From positions 17,121 to 81,120 of IMG/VR virus record IMGVR_UViG_3300045988_138926: a stretch of DNA of 64,000 nucleotides, one strand, 5' to 3'. The stretch comes from a virus. The notes under the pieces were generated by a model, which did not search any database, was not told where the DNA came from, and saw nothing but the letters and a program-made list of their open reading frames with translations. Of this stretch, positions 11,485 through 20,879 are shown in pieces (the first letter of the stretch is position 1; every line of letters begins with the position of its first letter). Position numbers and translations under genes: made by a program.

Positions 11485-11979
11485 GTGGGAGGATGTTATA
11501 ATAAGTTATCCAATGAAGATATAAAAAGGCTTGGAGGAAAAAGACCTTATGTATGTCAGTTTAATAAAATTCATATACATATAGGACCTGTATTAAAAGA
11601 TAATGATTCTGATGAAAGTTATGTAATGTTTAATAGCGACTGGAATTATGGCGGTTATGAATCTATGGTTTATCATCATAGCAATAATGGTATTTTTATA
11701 TTAGGTGAAAATAAAATTGGTAATATAGAAGACCATATACAAGATCTAACATATTGGTACGAATATGATCCAAGCATTAATGAAAATTATTGTTATTGTT
11801 ATTATGAAGCTGATAATAGCGGAAATGCCATTAAATTGAATGGTGAGTTTAGTAATGTCAGCACCGTTTTTAACATTCCCAGTTTGAAAGTTACTACTCT
11901 TCGTGATGGCGGTTTAAGTTTTCCAGAGATTTATATAGAAGGAGTTTGGGATCCGTTATTGTATAAGTCGGTTTTATAA
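11485..11979 (+). CDS. hypothetical protein, 164 aa (GTG start; true start uncertain)
   Basis: The ORF track start codon is GTG. First in-frame ATG is further in (around 11619). A TAatTTTG motif overlaps the annotated start. Asn/Tyr-rich small protein. Confidence 0.4.
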   Translation: MGGCYNKLSNEDIKRLGGKRPYVCQFNKIHIHIGPVLKDNDSDESYVMFNSDWNYGGYESMVYHHSNNGIFILGENKIGNIEDHIQDLTYWYEYDPSINENYCYCYYEADNSGNAIKLNGEFSNVSTVFNIPSLKVTTLRDGGLSFPEIYIEGVWDPLLYKSVL

Positions 11980-12005
11980 TTAACTTTGCAAAAAAGTTAA
12001 TCATT

Positions 12006-14264
12006 ATGGGTGTCAAATGTCAGATAGAAAAAAAGGAAAATGAAATAAAACGGGTTAAGGCTCCTAACGGGGAGCCTTCCGTTCTTTACGAAAGTGCCTT
12101 AAAATTATTAGGAAACAGCGAGCGGGCCCTTCAGGTATGGGCTAAGGTTTACACTCCTGGTTTTTTGTCGTATTACGGTCATTGGAATAACCCGGCTCCA
12201 GGGGAGATGTTTAATACCGATTCCAATGGTGAACCTCTTTTAGAAGACGTGCTGTCGTATATGAAGCGTCAAACTTATTTTGCCGATCCTCTAACGGATC
12301 AGGATGTTAAGGATGTAAGAGATTTTCTTTTATCTACCTATGGTGTTTATACGGCACCATCATTATCCAACATCATTCTTCATTATTTTTATGTAGATGG
12401 TAGTTTGATACTGAATGAGCAGAATTTAAGAAGATCAGGCTTGTATAATGAAACAGAGATAAGTAGAATCTTATCTGATCCTTCTGTTCTTAATGAAGTT
12501 TCGACATCCATGAGGAAGTTATTGGATTATTCCAATAACGAACATGATAGGGAAAAAGATAATTATTTTATGTCTGTTGACTATCAGTATGGTCCTATTG
12601 TTTACAAGGAGGGAGTGTTTAACCAATTTGGTAAAAAAGTACCATATAATCCTTCTGAGCTTTATTATGCTATGCGTAAAACAGTAGCCGGCATAAAAAA
12701 ATTTTCTGAATTTTCATCTGCTTTTGAATCGTTGAGAAACTCATATCCTGAACTGGTTGAGAAATTTGTTTCTGATAAAGAATTTGCCGAATCTATGTTT
12801 GATGAGTTTTTATCTACGAATAAGATTCCGGTAATAAACATAGAAGGGGATGATGTGGTAGAAGGCAAGAGAAGATCCTTGTCTAAGCTACAAGATCTGT
12901 CTTATTACAATCCTGGCAAAATAGAGTTCCTAAGAGCTCGTATATCAGCTTATTTACATAGGGTTAATGCCGACACCGAATCCGATTTAAGAAGCATGAT
13001 ATGGGATATAGAAGAGGCTTGTACGTGGTTTGGCATAGATATAATAGGGGCGTCAGAAACTTATGATGGCACAGAAGAATCTTTGAATAAGATAGATAAT
13101 TTGATGCTGGATCTTGATATTTATGTGGCCAGGCATAATGATGTAAATTATGCTCCAACGCTGGCATCTTCTATAGATGATGTTCTTGGTGATAGCACAG
13201 ATTATTATTTTGGATTATTACCGGAGTATATGAATAATTTGAATATCGTTTATTCTGAATCCGATATAGACCCAGTAGAGGCATTTGAGAAACATTCATT
13301 GCTTAAGGTAGGAGATAATCTATATCAAAGGATCAGCAAAGATGATCTTAACGAGATGTATCAAATATCAACAGTGTTAGCCAAGCACAACCTAACTCAT
13401 TTTTCTACTAAAATATATCCTGAATCTTGTTTTAAGAACGGCGTTTTGGATAAAGAGAAAGTACGGAACGTAGATAATAATACGCTCATGGCTTCCATTA
13501 AAAAATACGTCAGATCGTTCATGGATTCTCAGAACACGGAGGACATGATAATGACCAGGATGGCGTTTGGGCACCCGGCGGTACTTGACGTTCCTTACGT
13601 GGATGTGGATCGGGAGTATAGTCGATACATGAACAAAAAACAAGATAGCGAAAACCCATTATCCTTATTCGATTTATACCAATCTTACCTTGACAACAAA
13701 CTCCATAAAACAAAATTATATGATAATGCCTATAAGTATCTTGACTTCAAACCTGGTCCATCTTTGGGCCTTATTTCTGATGATCCTGATATTTTGAAAT
13801 CAATAGAATTATCTTTATCTGGAAAAGACAGGTTGATGTTGTTTGATTATAGCATGACCAGTACCGACCCTTCTTTATCAGAATTGTTTTATTTGGAGAA
13901 GTATGACTCTTCGTATGCCGGGAATGATTTTGAACACTATTTTTACACCAGGCACCCGTATCTGTTAAAAGAAAAATCGGGCCCTAATATCGTAGAGCAA
14001 GATGGTGTTATAACAGCCGAAGGTATTTATGATAATTTTATAAGAGTAGGTAATAAGATATGGTCTAAAGTAAGCGAGAGTAGTTCCGGCTCTATCTACC
14101 AAAATCTGACAGGAACCGAATCGGAGGTGAAATACGATTCTACTCAGAAGGCTAAGACGGTAGAAACTGATTACGCTCCATACCAAAATAGATCTGGCTT
14201 GACGCAAGATATGACCGTAAGCAAGTCTGAATTGGATGATCTTAATAAATTGGAATGCAGGTAA
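12006..14264 (+). CDS. hypothetical protein, 752 aa, unknown function
   Basis: Long ORF co-oriented with the late block. It is followed by an intrinsic terminator hairpin. Confidence 0.8.
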   Translation: MGVKCQIEKKENEIKRVKAPNGEPSVLYESALKLLGNSERALQVWAKVYTPGFLSYYGHWNNPAPGEMFNTDSNGEPLLEDVLSYMKRQTYFADPLTDQDVKDVRDFLLSTYGVYTAPSLSNIILHYFYVDGSLILNEQNLRRSGLYNETEISRILSDPSVLNEVSTSMRKLLDYSNNEHDREKDNYFMSVDYQYGPIVYKEGVFNQFGKKVPYNPSELYYAMRKTVAGIKKFSEFSSAFESLRNSYPELVEKFVSDKEFAESMFDEFLSTNKIPVINIEGDDVVEGKRRSLSKLQDLSYYNPGKIEFLRARISAYLHRVNADTESDLRSMIWDIEEACTWFGIDIIGASETYDGTEESLNKIDNLMLDLDIYVARHNDVNYAPTLASSIDDVLGDSTDYYFGLLPEYMNNLNIVYSESDIDPVEAFEKHSLLKVGDNLYQRISKDDLNEMYQISTVLAKHNLTHFSTKIYPESCFKNGVLDKEKVRNVDNNTLMASIKKYVRSFMDSQNTEDMIMTRMAFGHPAVLDVPYVDVDREYSRYMNKKQDSENPLSLFDLYQSYLDNKLHKTKLYDNAYKYLDFKPGPSLGLISDDPDILKSIELSLSGKDRLMLFDYSMTSTDPSLSELFYLEKYDSSYAGNDFEHYFYTRHPYLLKEKSGPNIVEQDGVITAEGIYDNFIRVGNKIWSKVSESSSGSIYQNLTGTESEVKYDSTQKAKTVETDYAPYQNRSGLTQDMTVSKSELDDLNKLECR

Positions 14265-14308
14265 TTTTTGTATACATATATATAGTTTTTTCATAGTTAT
14301 AATTTGGG

Positions 14309-14340
14309 AAGTGAGGCTTGTGAAAGTCTCACTTTTCTCA
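14309..14340 (+). terminator. rho-independent terminator after the 752-aa gene
   Basis: 9-bp stem aagtgaggc/gtctcactt with loop ttgtgaaa, followed by TTTTCTC. Confidence 0.5.
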
Positions 14341-14488
14341 TATATGTACGTATATCAATAACATACAAGAAAAGTTAGATTTTCATTGTTTATGAATTAT
14401 TTTTATTAAGTTTGCAATATTAGTTTCAGGAAGGGATTATGGAAATAAGGAAAAAGTAAGAACCGAACGTAACTAATAACAGTAGGAA

Positions 14489-14686
14489 ATGAGAATCAGT
14501 ACCATCAAACGTAACAACAGCATTCATCTTATGTATAAAAACATTATGAATGATTTAGGTCAATTAAGAACTGTAGTTTCAAAATCCTATATTTATAATC
14601 TGATACAAAATCAAACCGGATTAAGTATCAGAACTATATCCCATGTCTTGAATCACACAAAAGAACAGGATACAGATTCTTTGTGA
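14489..14686 (+). CDS. small hypothetical ORF, 65 aa, inside a 700-bp intergenic region
   Basis: Only ORF in the 14265-14973 gap. Weak coding evidence. Confidence 0.2.
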   Translation: MRISTIKRNNSIHLMYKNIMNDLGQLRTVVSKSYIYNLIQNQTGLSIRTISHVLNHTKEQDTDSL

Positions 14687-14767
14687 AAAGCATACATTTT
14701 CATACATTTGTGTGTTCTTTAGTTTTTAGATTTAAGTTTTTCATGGTATTAGTTTAGATTAGTGTAG

Positions 14768-14804
14768 ATCAGGGTTCGCAGTGATGCGGGCCCTGATTTG
14801 ATTT
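14768..14804 (+). terminator. GC-rich hairpin plus T-tract, intrinsic terminator
   Basis: atcagggttcgca/gcgggccctgat, a 12-bp stem with two G-U pairs and loop gtgat, then TTGATTT. Confidence 0.45.
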
Positions 14805-14973
14805 AAAAAGTATTAAAATATTTGTTATTTAAAATCTTGTTCCTATCTTTGTTCCAGAAACAATGAACAACGAGATCCCACCTCTGGTTGTTTGATGTTG
14901 AAAGATATTTTTGGCTCATTAGGGTTTGTCATAGTGGGATCTGACATTCTCTTTTGGGCCTATTTTTTTTATT

Positions 14974-15834
14974 ATGTGTAATAGTATTATTTTAAAATTA
15001 GAAGATATATCTTCTATCAAGAGGTATTTTGAGTTTATCTTGTCTCAAACAGAAAAAGGCGAAAAGTTTCCCATTAAACTTGATGATGTTTTCGCTCTTG
15101 TGTATAGTAGAAAGGATAAGGCTGTTAGAGCACTTATAGATAGCGATCAATTCATGCAAGATATTGATTATAAGGTTTTCCCCCTAAATGGGGAAAACTC
15201 AAATGGTGGTAGACCCTCTATGGTCTACATGTTGTCTGTATCATGCTTAGAATATTTTATAGCCAGAAAAGTTAGATCGGTTTTTGAGGTTTATAGAAGT
15301 GTATTTCATGGATGTGTTTATAATGAAAAAAGAAAATTAATACCTGATTTCTCCAATCCAGCAGAGGCAGCAAGAGCATGGGCCGATCAGTATGAAGCTG
15401 CTCAGAGAGCTATAGCTGAAAAATCTCAGGCAGAGGCAGAGAAGCAACAAGCCTTGAAAACAATAGAAGAGCATAAGCCTGATGTAGAATTTGCCGAGTC
15501 TTTTAGGAAAGTAGACCATAACAATATGTGGCTGATTCGTGATATTGCCAAAAAGTTAGAACAGAATGGTGTTATCATCGCTGAAAAGAATTTACGTTCA
15601 TTCCTTGAAGAAGCTAAGTTTATGTTTAGAAACGGTCTTGGAAAATGGGAGTTGTATAGTAATGTTGTAGCTAAAGGATATGGTGTGTATAGATCATATT
15701 TTGTAGATAAGTATTCCGGAGAAAGGGTTAATCAACAAACTATCTACATGACAGGATCCGGATATGAAGTAACCCTCAATGGCATAAAAGGAAAACTTAA
15801 AAATGTATTTTTAAAATATGGTAAATTTTCTTGA
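14974..15834 (+). CDS. antirepressor-like protein with C-terminal KilAC-type domain
   Basis: DFSNPAEAARAWADQYEAAQRAIAEK..., then IRDIAKKLEQNGVIIAEKNLRSFLEEAKFMFRNGLGKWELY...GYGV. This matches the remembered KilAC pattern NPAxLARAWAEEYE ... FAKLL ... LFxWLR. Sits at the start of a gene array after a long regulatory gap. Confidence 0.55.
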   Translation: MCNSIILKLEDISSIKRYFEFILSQTEKGEKFPIKLDDVFALVYSRKDKAVRALIDSDQFMQDIDYKVFPLNGENSNGGRPSMVYMLSVSCLEYFIARKVRSVFEVYRSVFHGCVYNEKRKLIPDFSNPAEAARAWADQYEAAQRAIAEKSQAEAEKQQALKTIEEHKPDVEFAESFRKVDHNNMWLIRDIAKKLEQNGVIIAEKNLRSFLEEAKFMFRNGLGKWELYSNVVAKGYGVYRSYFVDKYSGERVNQQTIYMTGSGYEVTLNGIKGKLKNVFLKYGKFS

Positions 15835-15845
15835 GTTTATTTATA

Positions 15846-15885
15846 GGTAGTGTTTTAAAAGAATAAAAAACACTACCTTTTTTTG
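15846..15885 (+). terminator. rho-independent terminator after the KilAC gene
   Basis: ggtagtgtt/aacactacc, a 9-bp stem, followed by TTTTTTTG. Confidence 0.55.
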
Positions 15886-15953
15886 TTTCTGTCTTTTCTG
15901 AAAATACTTCTCTTCTATAGGAAATAAACACACCCATATTCCACCCTGCAATC

Positions 15954-17018
15954 ATGATCTTTGTTACGTGCTTCATGCACGTATGTTTAACAATTAAATA
16001 CTATAAAATTATGGGTGGTGATAAAATCGTCCTTTTAGATGGAGCCGGGGCTAACGGTGGTGGTGCAGCCACTAACGGTCTTCTTTCAATGATTCCCGGC
16101 ATGTTTGCTAATTTGATAGGTGGTAATAAAATGGATCCGAATCTGGTGGCGGCTTTGATGAACGGTCGTAACAACCAGGACGGTTTCGGTGGGGCTAACG
16201 GTTGGTGGCTCTGGATAATTGTTTTGTTCTGGCTGTGGGGTGGACGCGGCTTCGGTAACGGTTTTGGAAATGGCGGTGATTGTTGCGCCAATGGTTTGCC
16301 GGCTCAGTTGAATAACGATTACGGTCGTGAACTTTTGATGCAGGCAATTCAAGGTAATCGTAGCGCCATAGATCAGATTGCTTCTGCTTTGAACTGTTCT
16401 ACTACTCAACTTCAGAACGCTATCTGCAACGTACAGGGTGCTATTGATAAAGTAGCTGGTCAGGTAGGTATGACTTCTCAGGCTGTTATCAACGCAGTTC
16501 AACAACAAGGTTGTGAAATAGGAAATCAAATCAGCTCTTGCTGCTGCAATCTGAGTTCGTTGATCAATCAAAGCACTTGCCAGACTCAGGGAATGATTAC
16601 TCAGCAAGGTTTTGATAACCAGCTTCGCACGTTGGAACAAACCAATATCTTGCAGAACGGTCTCAACCAAGGTCTGGCTAACAATCGTGAGCAAGCTACA
16701 AGCCAATTCAATATCTTGTCTGCGAAACTTGACGCCCAAACCGTTATGATCAACGACAAATTCTGTCAGTTGGAAATGAGGGAGATGCAGAACACTATTG
16801 CTCAACTTCGTGAAGAAAAAGCGGCTTTGACAGCTTCGGCATTATCTCAGCAACAAACCCAGAATATCGTTGGTCAATTACGCCCGACGGCCGTCCCGGC
16901 CTACCCCTCTTGTTCTCCTTACCAGGCTTATACTTGGGGACAGGTATTCGGAGGAGGTTGCTGCAATAACGGATGTGGATGTAACAACGGATGTTGCAAT
17001 AACAACGCTGCTGTCTGA
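15954..17018 (+). CDS. Gly/Asn/Cys-rich low-complexity protein with one predicted TM helix, 354 aa
   Basis: N-terminus GAGANGGGAATNG..GFGGANG, then hydrophobic WWLWIIVLFWLW. A Gln-rich central segment. C-terminus GGGCCNNGCGCNNGCCNNNAAV. Two long antisense shadow ORFs (16086-16805, 16795-17370) are rejected. Confidence 0.7.
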   Translation: MIFVTCFMHVCLTIKYYKIMGGDKIVLLDGAGANGGGAATNGLLSMIPGMFANLIGGNKMDPNLVAALMNGRNNQDGFGGANGWWLWIIVLFWLWGGRGFGNGFGNGGDCCANGLPAQLNNDYGRELLMQAIQGNRSAIDQIASALNCSTTQLQNAICNVQGAIDKVAGQVGMTSQAVINAVQQQGCEIGNQISSCCCNLSSLINQSTCQTQGMITQQGFDNQLRTLEQTNILQNGLNQGLANNREQATSQFNILSAKLDAQTVMINDKFCQLEMREMQNTIAQLREEKAALTASALSQQQTQNIVGQLRPTAVPAYPSCSPYQAYTWGQVFGGGCCNNGCGCNNGCCNNNAAV

Positions 17019-17041
17019 TTTTATTAAGAAAGGAGGCTAAT

Positions 17042-17455
17042 ATGGCTTGTGTTTCTAAAATAGGATCGTTGTATGAGATGGTTACGAAGAATGTTATTGT
17101 CAGTACGACAAATACAGTCTTCGGTATTAACCCACGGGCTTGGATCGCCCTTCCGTGTGAGGGTCTTATCCTTCTTAAAATAAGGCAAGTAGTCCCCACA
17201 GCCGGAAGTGCTCTACCGGTACAGATTGCGGTCCCGGCAAACAGCACAGTTTCAACAGTAGGATCCGACACCTGTTGCCCGGTTACGGGAGTGAATGTCG
17301 TGAACCCTATTAACGTAGCTGTCACGGGTGCTGCTATGGTAAATGGCACAGAACGCCTTCTGTACTTCAATAAAGTTCGTGGCGTGTTAAGATTAATGGA
17401 TTGCTGTGTTCCAGTAGCGGCAGCCCAGGCGTCTGAAGTTAAAGCAGGTAAATGA
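17042..17455 (+). CDS. hypothetical protein, 137 aa
   Basis: ORF 24 nt after the previous stop, beta-rich and Val/Thr-rich. Followed by a terminator. Confidence 0.55.
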   Translation: MACVSKIGSLYEMVTKNVIVSTTNTVFGINPRAWIALPCEGLILLKIRQVVPTAGSALPVQIAVPANSTVSTVGSDTCCPVTGVNVVNPINVAVTGAAMVNGTERLLYFNKVRGVLRLMDCCVPVAAAQASEVKAGK

Positions 17456-17462
17456 TTTCAGT

Positions 17463-17490
17463 AGGGTGATGGAGATCATCACCCTATTTT
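17463..17490 (+). terminator. intrinsic terminator
   Basis: agggtgatg/catcaccct stem with loop gagat, then ATTTT. Confidence 0.45.
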
Positions 17491-17505
17491 CACCTAACTA
17501 ATATT

Positions 17506-18000
17506 TTGATCATGTTTTCAGATTTGAAGAAAGGGTTTCAGGTACATACCCTTGATACTAATACAGTACCTAAATACGAATTGGGAAAGGTAGTAGCCGT
17601 ATCCGAACCCAGGTATCTTCCTCCTCAGCCAGGTCAGTATCAGGCGATGCAGACCCGCGTGGTGGATCTGACGGTAGAGCTCACTGGCGAAACCAAGACC
17701 TATACGGTCCCGGAATCCCAGAATGTGGCTAAGGCTATGGGCATAACATTATCTACCAGCATAGATCCGATTATGAACGAACTGAATGCCATAAAAAGCA
17801 CCAGTCAGGAAATAATAGACAGCGTAGATGCCCATCGTGCCAAGATAGAGGCTTGTGAATCTATATTAGAAGACATCAATCCGGCATTCAAACAAACGAG
17901 AGAGCAGGATCGTAAAATAGCTGGTATAGAAAATAAGGTGAATGACCTTACTGATTCATTCGAAGATTTAAAGAAGTTAATTGTAGAACGTTTGAAATAA
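17506..18000 (+). CDS. hypothetical protein, 164 aa
   Basis: ORF with a coiled-coil-like C-terminus. Confidence 0.6.
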   Translation: MIMFSDLKKGFQVHTLDTNTVPKYELGKVVAVSEPRYLPPQPGQYQAMQTRVVDLTVELTGETKTYTVPESQNVAKAMGITLSTSIDPIMNELNAIKSTSQEIIDSVDAHRAKIEACESILEDINPAFKQTREQDRKIAGIENKVNDLTDSFEDLKKLIVERLK

Positions 18001-18007
18001 GTATAAT

Positions 18008-18376
18008 ATGATAGTATATGATTTAAATTCAGGACACAGAGAATATCCTGGATATGACGAGATAGAAGACAGACGAGGTGGAGGCAGAGGCAGAAGCCGG
18101 CGTTCTGATGGGACGTACATGGGATACGGTGGTGGTATTTACGACCATTACGGTATGCATGAGAAGATGAAGGAAATGGAAGAACGCGAAAACGAGCTGG
18201 AAGAAAGGGAAAGAAGGCTTGAAGAGCGCGAACGTCGTCATGAAATGGAGGACCGGGAATACCGGAGGATGGGTTACGAATCCTACCCGACCGATTACTA
18301 TGGAGACGACAGATACTACGGTGACGGACCTCAGATGCGTAGAGGTCGCGGACGTGGCAGAGGTCGTTCTTATTGA
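18008..18376 (+). CDS. Arg/Glu/Gly-rich disordered protein, 122 aa (RGG/RGRGRGR plus ERERR repeats)
   Basis: GGGRGRSRRSDG ... ERENELEERERRLEERERRHEMEDREYRR ... RRGRGRGRGRSY. Extreme composition. Candidate nucleic-acid-binding protein. Confidence 0.5.
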   Translation: MIVYDLNSGHREYPGYDEIEDRRGGGRGRSRRSDGTYMGYGGGIYDHYGMHEKMKEMEERENELEERERRLEERERRHEMEDREYRRMGYESYPTDYYGDDRYYGDGPQMRRGRGRGRGRSY

Positions 18377-18469
18377 GGAGCAGACGCAGAGGATCCAGCT
18401 TATCAGAAATATGTAGATACTTACGGCTATCATTTTTCTAATGCTCTCGCTGATGAGGCGGTAAAGAAG

Positions 18470-18763
18470 ATGGTCAACGTCGATGGATCCAAGAGGATCT
18501 GGAAGCAGCCGGAAATAAAAGATATTTTTGAAAAGTGCGGAGCGAAGAAGCCGGATAAAGCGACATGGGGCGATGTCCAATATGTCTTTGCAATGTACTA
18601 TTCGGATGGTTTTCCGAAGGTCTTCAAATGTGAGAACGAGTTGGTGAAAGCTACGTTAATGTATTTGGATGATCCGGATGCTCCCGAAGGAGTAGCCTTT
18701 ATAAGATGGCTTGCCGTGCAAGATTACCTCGGCGAAAAAATAAACTGGAAGGATCTGACCTAA
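18470..18763 (+). CDS. hypothetical protein, 97 aa
   Basis: ORF followed by a GC-rich hairpin and T-tract. Confidence 0.5.
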   Translation: MVNVDGSKRIWKQPEIKDIFEKCGAKKPDKATWGDVQYVFAMYYSDGFPKVFKCENELVKATLMYLDDPDAPEGVAFIRWLAVQDYLGEKINWKDLT

Positions 18764-18867
18764 GATCCAGACCCAGGTCCTTCCGGTGGTGCGGGAGCCA
18801 TAGTAAAAAATATGATTCCCGCATTCCCGTTTTTCCCGTTTGGAAAAAAAGGAATAAAAATATTATA

Positions 18868-18908
18868 CCGGTCGGCGGGCAATAGAATACCCGTGGCCGG
18901 TTTGTTTC
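18868..18908 (+). terminator. GC-rich hairpin plus TTTGTTT
   Basis: ccggtcggcggg...cccgtggccgg, an imperfect GC stem, then TTTGTTTC. Confidence 0.4.
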
Positions 18909-18921
18909 ACATAACTTTTTT

Positions 18922-19104
18922 TTGGATATGAATATAGCACACGAATCTAAATCGAATAAAACCCCATTGTATTTAATAGGAGAGTTGATTGGCGTACCGA
19001 ATACGGTTATGGACACGGCATTGCATGAACTGAAAGATAGAATAGATAAAGACCCTAAATATAAAGATGTTAAAAATTGGCTCGAATCTTTACCCAAGAT
19101 CTGA
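18922..19104 (+). CDS. small hypothetical ORF, 60 aa
   Basis: Short ORF followed by a terminator. Confidence 0.3.
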   Translation: MDMNIAHESKSNKTPLYLIGELIGVPNTVMDTALHELKDRIDKDPKYKDVKNWLESLPKI

Positions 19105-19126
19105 ACCTATTTTTCCCAATACCAGG

Positions 19127-19157
19127 CCCGATGCGATTTTAACGTATCGGGTTTTTA
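19127..19157 (+). terminator. intrinsic terminator
   Basis: cccgatgcg/cgtatcggg stem followed by TTTTTATTTT. Confidence 0.5.
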
Positions 19158-19206
19158 TTTTAATTCATATTGTTTTATTTTAAATCTAATTAATTTATGA
19201 ATGTCG

Positions 19207-19214
19207 TACATTTG
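19207..19214 (+). promoter_or_regulatory. TAcaTTTG, Bacteroidota-type -7 promoter motif candidate
   Basis: Exact TAnnTTTG match 17 nt upstream of the ATG at 19232, directly after a terminator. Confidence 0.25.
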
Positions 19215-19231
19215 TTGAAAAAGTATTTTTT

Positions 19232-19459
19232 ATGGAAAATAAGGAAGATTACGTTGGTTACGAAGATCAAGAACTGTGTAACCGGTATTACAAAGAGGCC
19301 GAAGCCATGAGGCAAAAGCAGGACTGGTCTCGGCTTAGGGCTGTCCCTGCTCCGGCCAAGGGAACGCCATCGCCCGGCTGGGGTCAGCTTGGACGTGGAA
19401 ATGAAGTTCGTGTCAAGTACGTTAGCATCAATTCAGGATTGGGAGGGGATAGATTATGA
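19232..19459 (+). CDS. small hypothetical ORF, 75 aa
   Basis: ORF. Its stop overlaps the next start. Confidence 0.4.
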   Translation: MENKEDYVGYEDQELCNRYYKEAEAMRQKQDWSRLRAVPAPAKGTPSPGWGQLGRGNEVRVKYVSINSGLGGDRL

Positions 19460-19671
19460 CTGTAGAAGAATTAGCCGGCAAAAGATACGGTGGCGAATTT
19501 GTTTTCATGTTTGGTCATCTTGAAGGTAGAACAAGATTCGTTTTTGAATGCTTTGATCCAAGACCTGATCATGAAGGTAAAAACACTTATATAGTTTCTT
19601 ATTTTGATAAGGGACTTCGTAGAAGAGATGTGGTAGATGTGCCGTGTTATATGAATATTTTGCCAAAATAA
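19456..19671 (+). CDS. small hypothetical ORF, 71 aa
   Basis: ORF coupled to the upstream ORF. Confidence 0.4.
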   Translation: MTVEELAGKRYGGEFVFMFGHLEGRTRFVFECFDPRPDHEGKNTYIVSYFDKGLRRRDVVDVPCYMNILPK

Positions 19672-19874
19672 TGGAAACATTAATCTTAGATGTACCTGTA
19701 TTTTCCGGTAAGATTATTTCTCCTATCTGGATTAAAGCCGTAAGAGATTTTCAATCCAAATCGAAGACAGAAAGAGACTCGTATTGTTTGATTTGTGGAT
19801 GTACAGGAGGGTGTAACTTGTGCGATGATATAAGTAAATATAGGATTTCAGAACAATTAAAATATTACAAATAA
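19644..19874 (+). CDS. small Cys-containing hypothetical ORF, 76 aa
   Basis: Contains CLICGC...CNLC. Confidence 0.35.
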   Translation: MLYEYFAKIMETLILDVPVFSGKIISPIWIKAVRDFQSKSKTERDSYCLICGCTGGCNLCDDISKYRISEQLKYYK

Positions 19875-19995
19875 TGGAATTAAAAGATTCAGTCAGGGTA
19901 ATGACTAAAGAAGAGTTCGAATCAGCAATCAACGAAGATATTAAATTCGTTGAAGGAATTAAGCATTTTTTAAACATGATGATGCTACGAGGGTA

Positions 19996-20604
19996 ATGGA
20001 ACACGTAAAGTCCGTGTTAGAGGCATCAGTAGACTACCACTACCCGAATCATCCTGAACCTGAAGCAGAACCTGGAGACATGGGAGAGGTTTCTGATGGA
20101 TACCATACTTTCAATGAATTGTATCGGTACCGCATGTTGTATAACGCCGCCTTCTTTAATCTATTAGCCAGAAACGGACAGGTTGAAGTTTGCAAATCAA
20201 GGAGACACAGCGATGGAGAAAAATGCTTCGGTTCTGATGATTGGTTTATTGTGATGGCGATCCTACCTACCGGTCAGGTATCTAATCACTATGAAAGCAA
20301 ATACTGGGATTTGTTTGATGTTCCTGAAAGAGAAACCGCTTTCGAATACGATGGCCATACACCAAATGAAGCTGCCGACAGACTTAAAAAGTATCTCAAA
20401 CTGCCTCGTCGTGGCATGACATTCGAACAGGCTTTAGAACGGCTTAAATTAGGTCGTAAGATAAAAAGAATCGATTGGGGTAAAAAGTATATCTGTATGT
20501 TTGACGTAAATATATTGATGGTAGATACAGGTCAAAAAGTAGCATCAAATTGGAATCCAACCGAACATGATATTATGTCTAATGACTGGGAGATTGCGGG
20601 ATGA
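19996..20604 (+). CDS. hypothetical protein, 202 aa
   Basis: ORF. Stop overlaps the next start. Confidence 0.6.
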   Translation: MEHVKSVLEASVDYHYPNHPEPEAEPGDMGEVSDGYHTFNELYRYRMLYNAAFFNLLARNGQVEVCKSRRHSDGEKCFGSDDWFIVMAILPTGQVSNHYESKYWDLFDVPERETAFEYDGHTPNEAADRLKKYLKLPRRGMTFEQALERLKLGRKIKRIDWGKKYICMFDVNILMVDTGQKVASNWNPTEHDIMSNDWEIAG

Positions 20605-20876
20605 GTTTGTTTGTATGTTCAAAATGTGGCTGTATAGATAATACAGCCACATCATATTACTGGGCTCTTATAAGACCTTGTAAGAATCGTATTTACGATA
20701 AGTCGCTAAAGGGATATGAAGGCAAGCCTCTTTGTTCTGAATGTGCCGCTATTGAATATAGTAAGGGGGGAGAAGTGGTGGTAGTTCCTGGAACGTGGCA
20801 TGGTAAGTTCAAGAAAGAATGGCCTACTGAAGAAGAAAAGAAGCATATTGGTAAAAACGGTATTTTAAATATGTAA
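20601..20876 (+). CDS. Cys-rich zinc-binding-like small protein, 91 aa
   Basis: CSKCGC...C...CSEC. Confidence 0.5.
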   Translation: MSLFVCSKCGCIDNTATSYYWALIRPCKNRIYDKSLKGYEGKPLCSECAAIEYSKGGEVVVVPGTWHGKFKKEWPTEEEKKHIGKNGILNM

Positions 20877-20879
20877 ATT

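Noticed and set aside
16086-17370. Long antisense ORFs (239 aa and 191 aa, minus strand) across the Gly/Cys-rich gene and its neighbour
   Set aside because: Leu/Ser/Thr-rich shadow frames antisense to plus-strand genes in a uniformly plus-oriented block. The same applies to 901-1464, 8668-9027, 18029-18580 and 18699-19097 (minus strand) and to the plus-strand ORFs nested in minus-strand genes.
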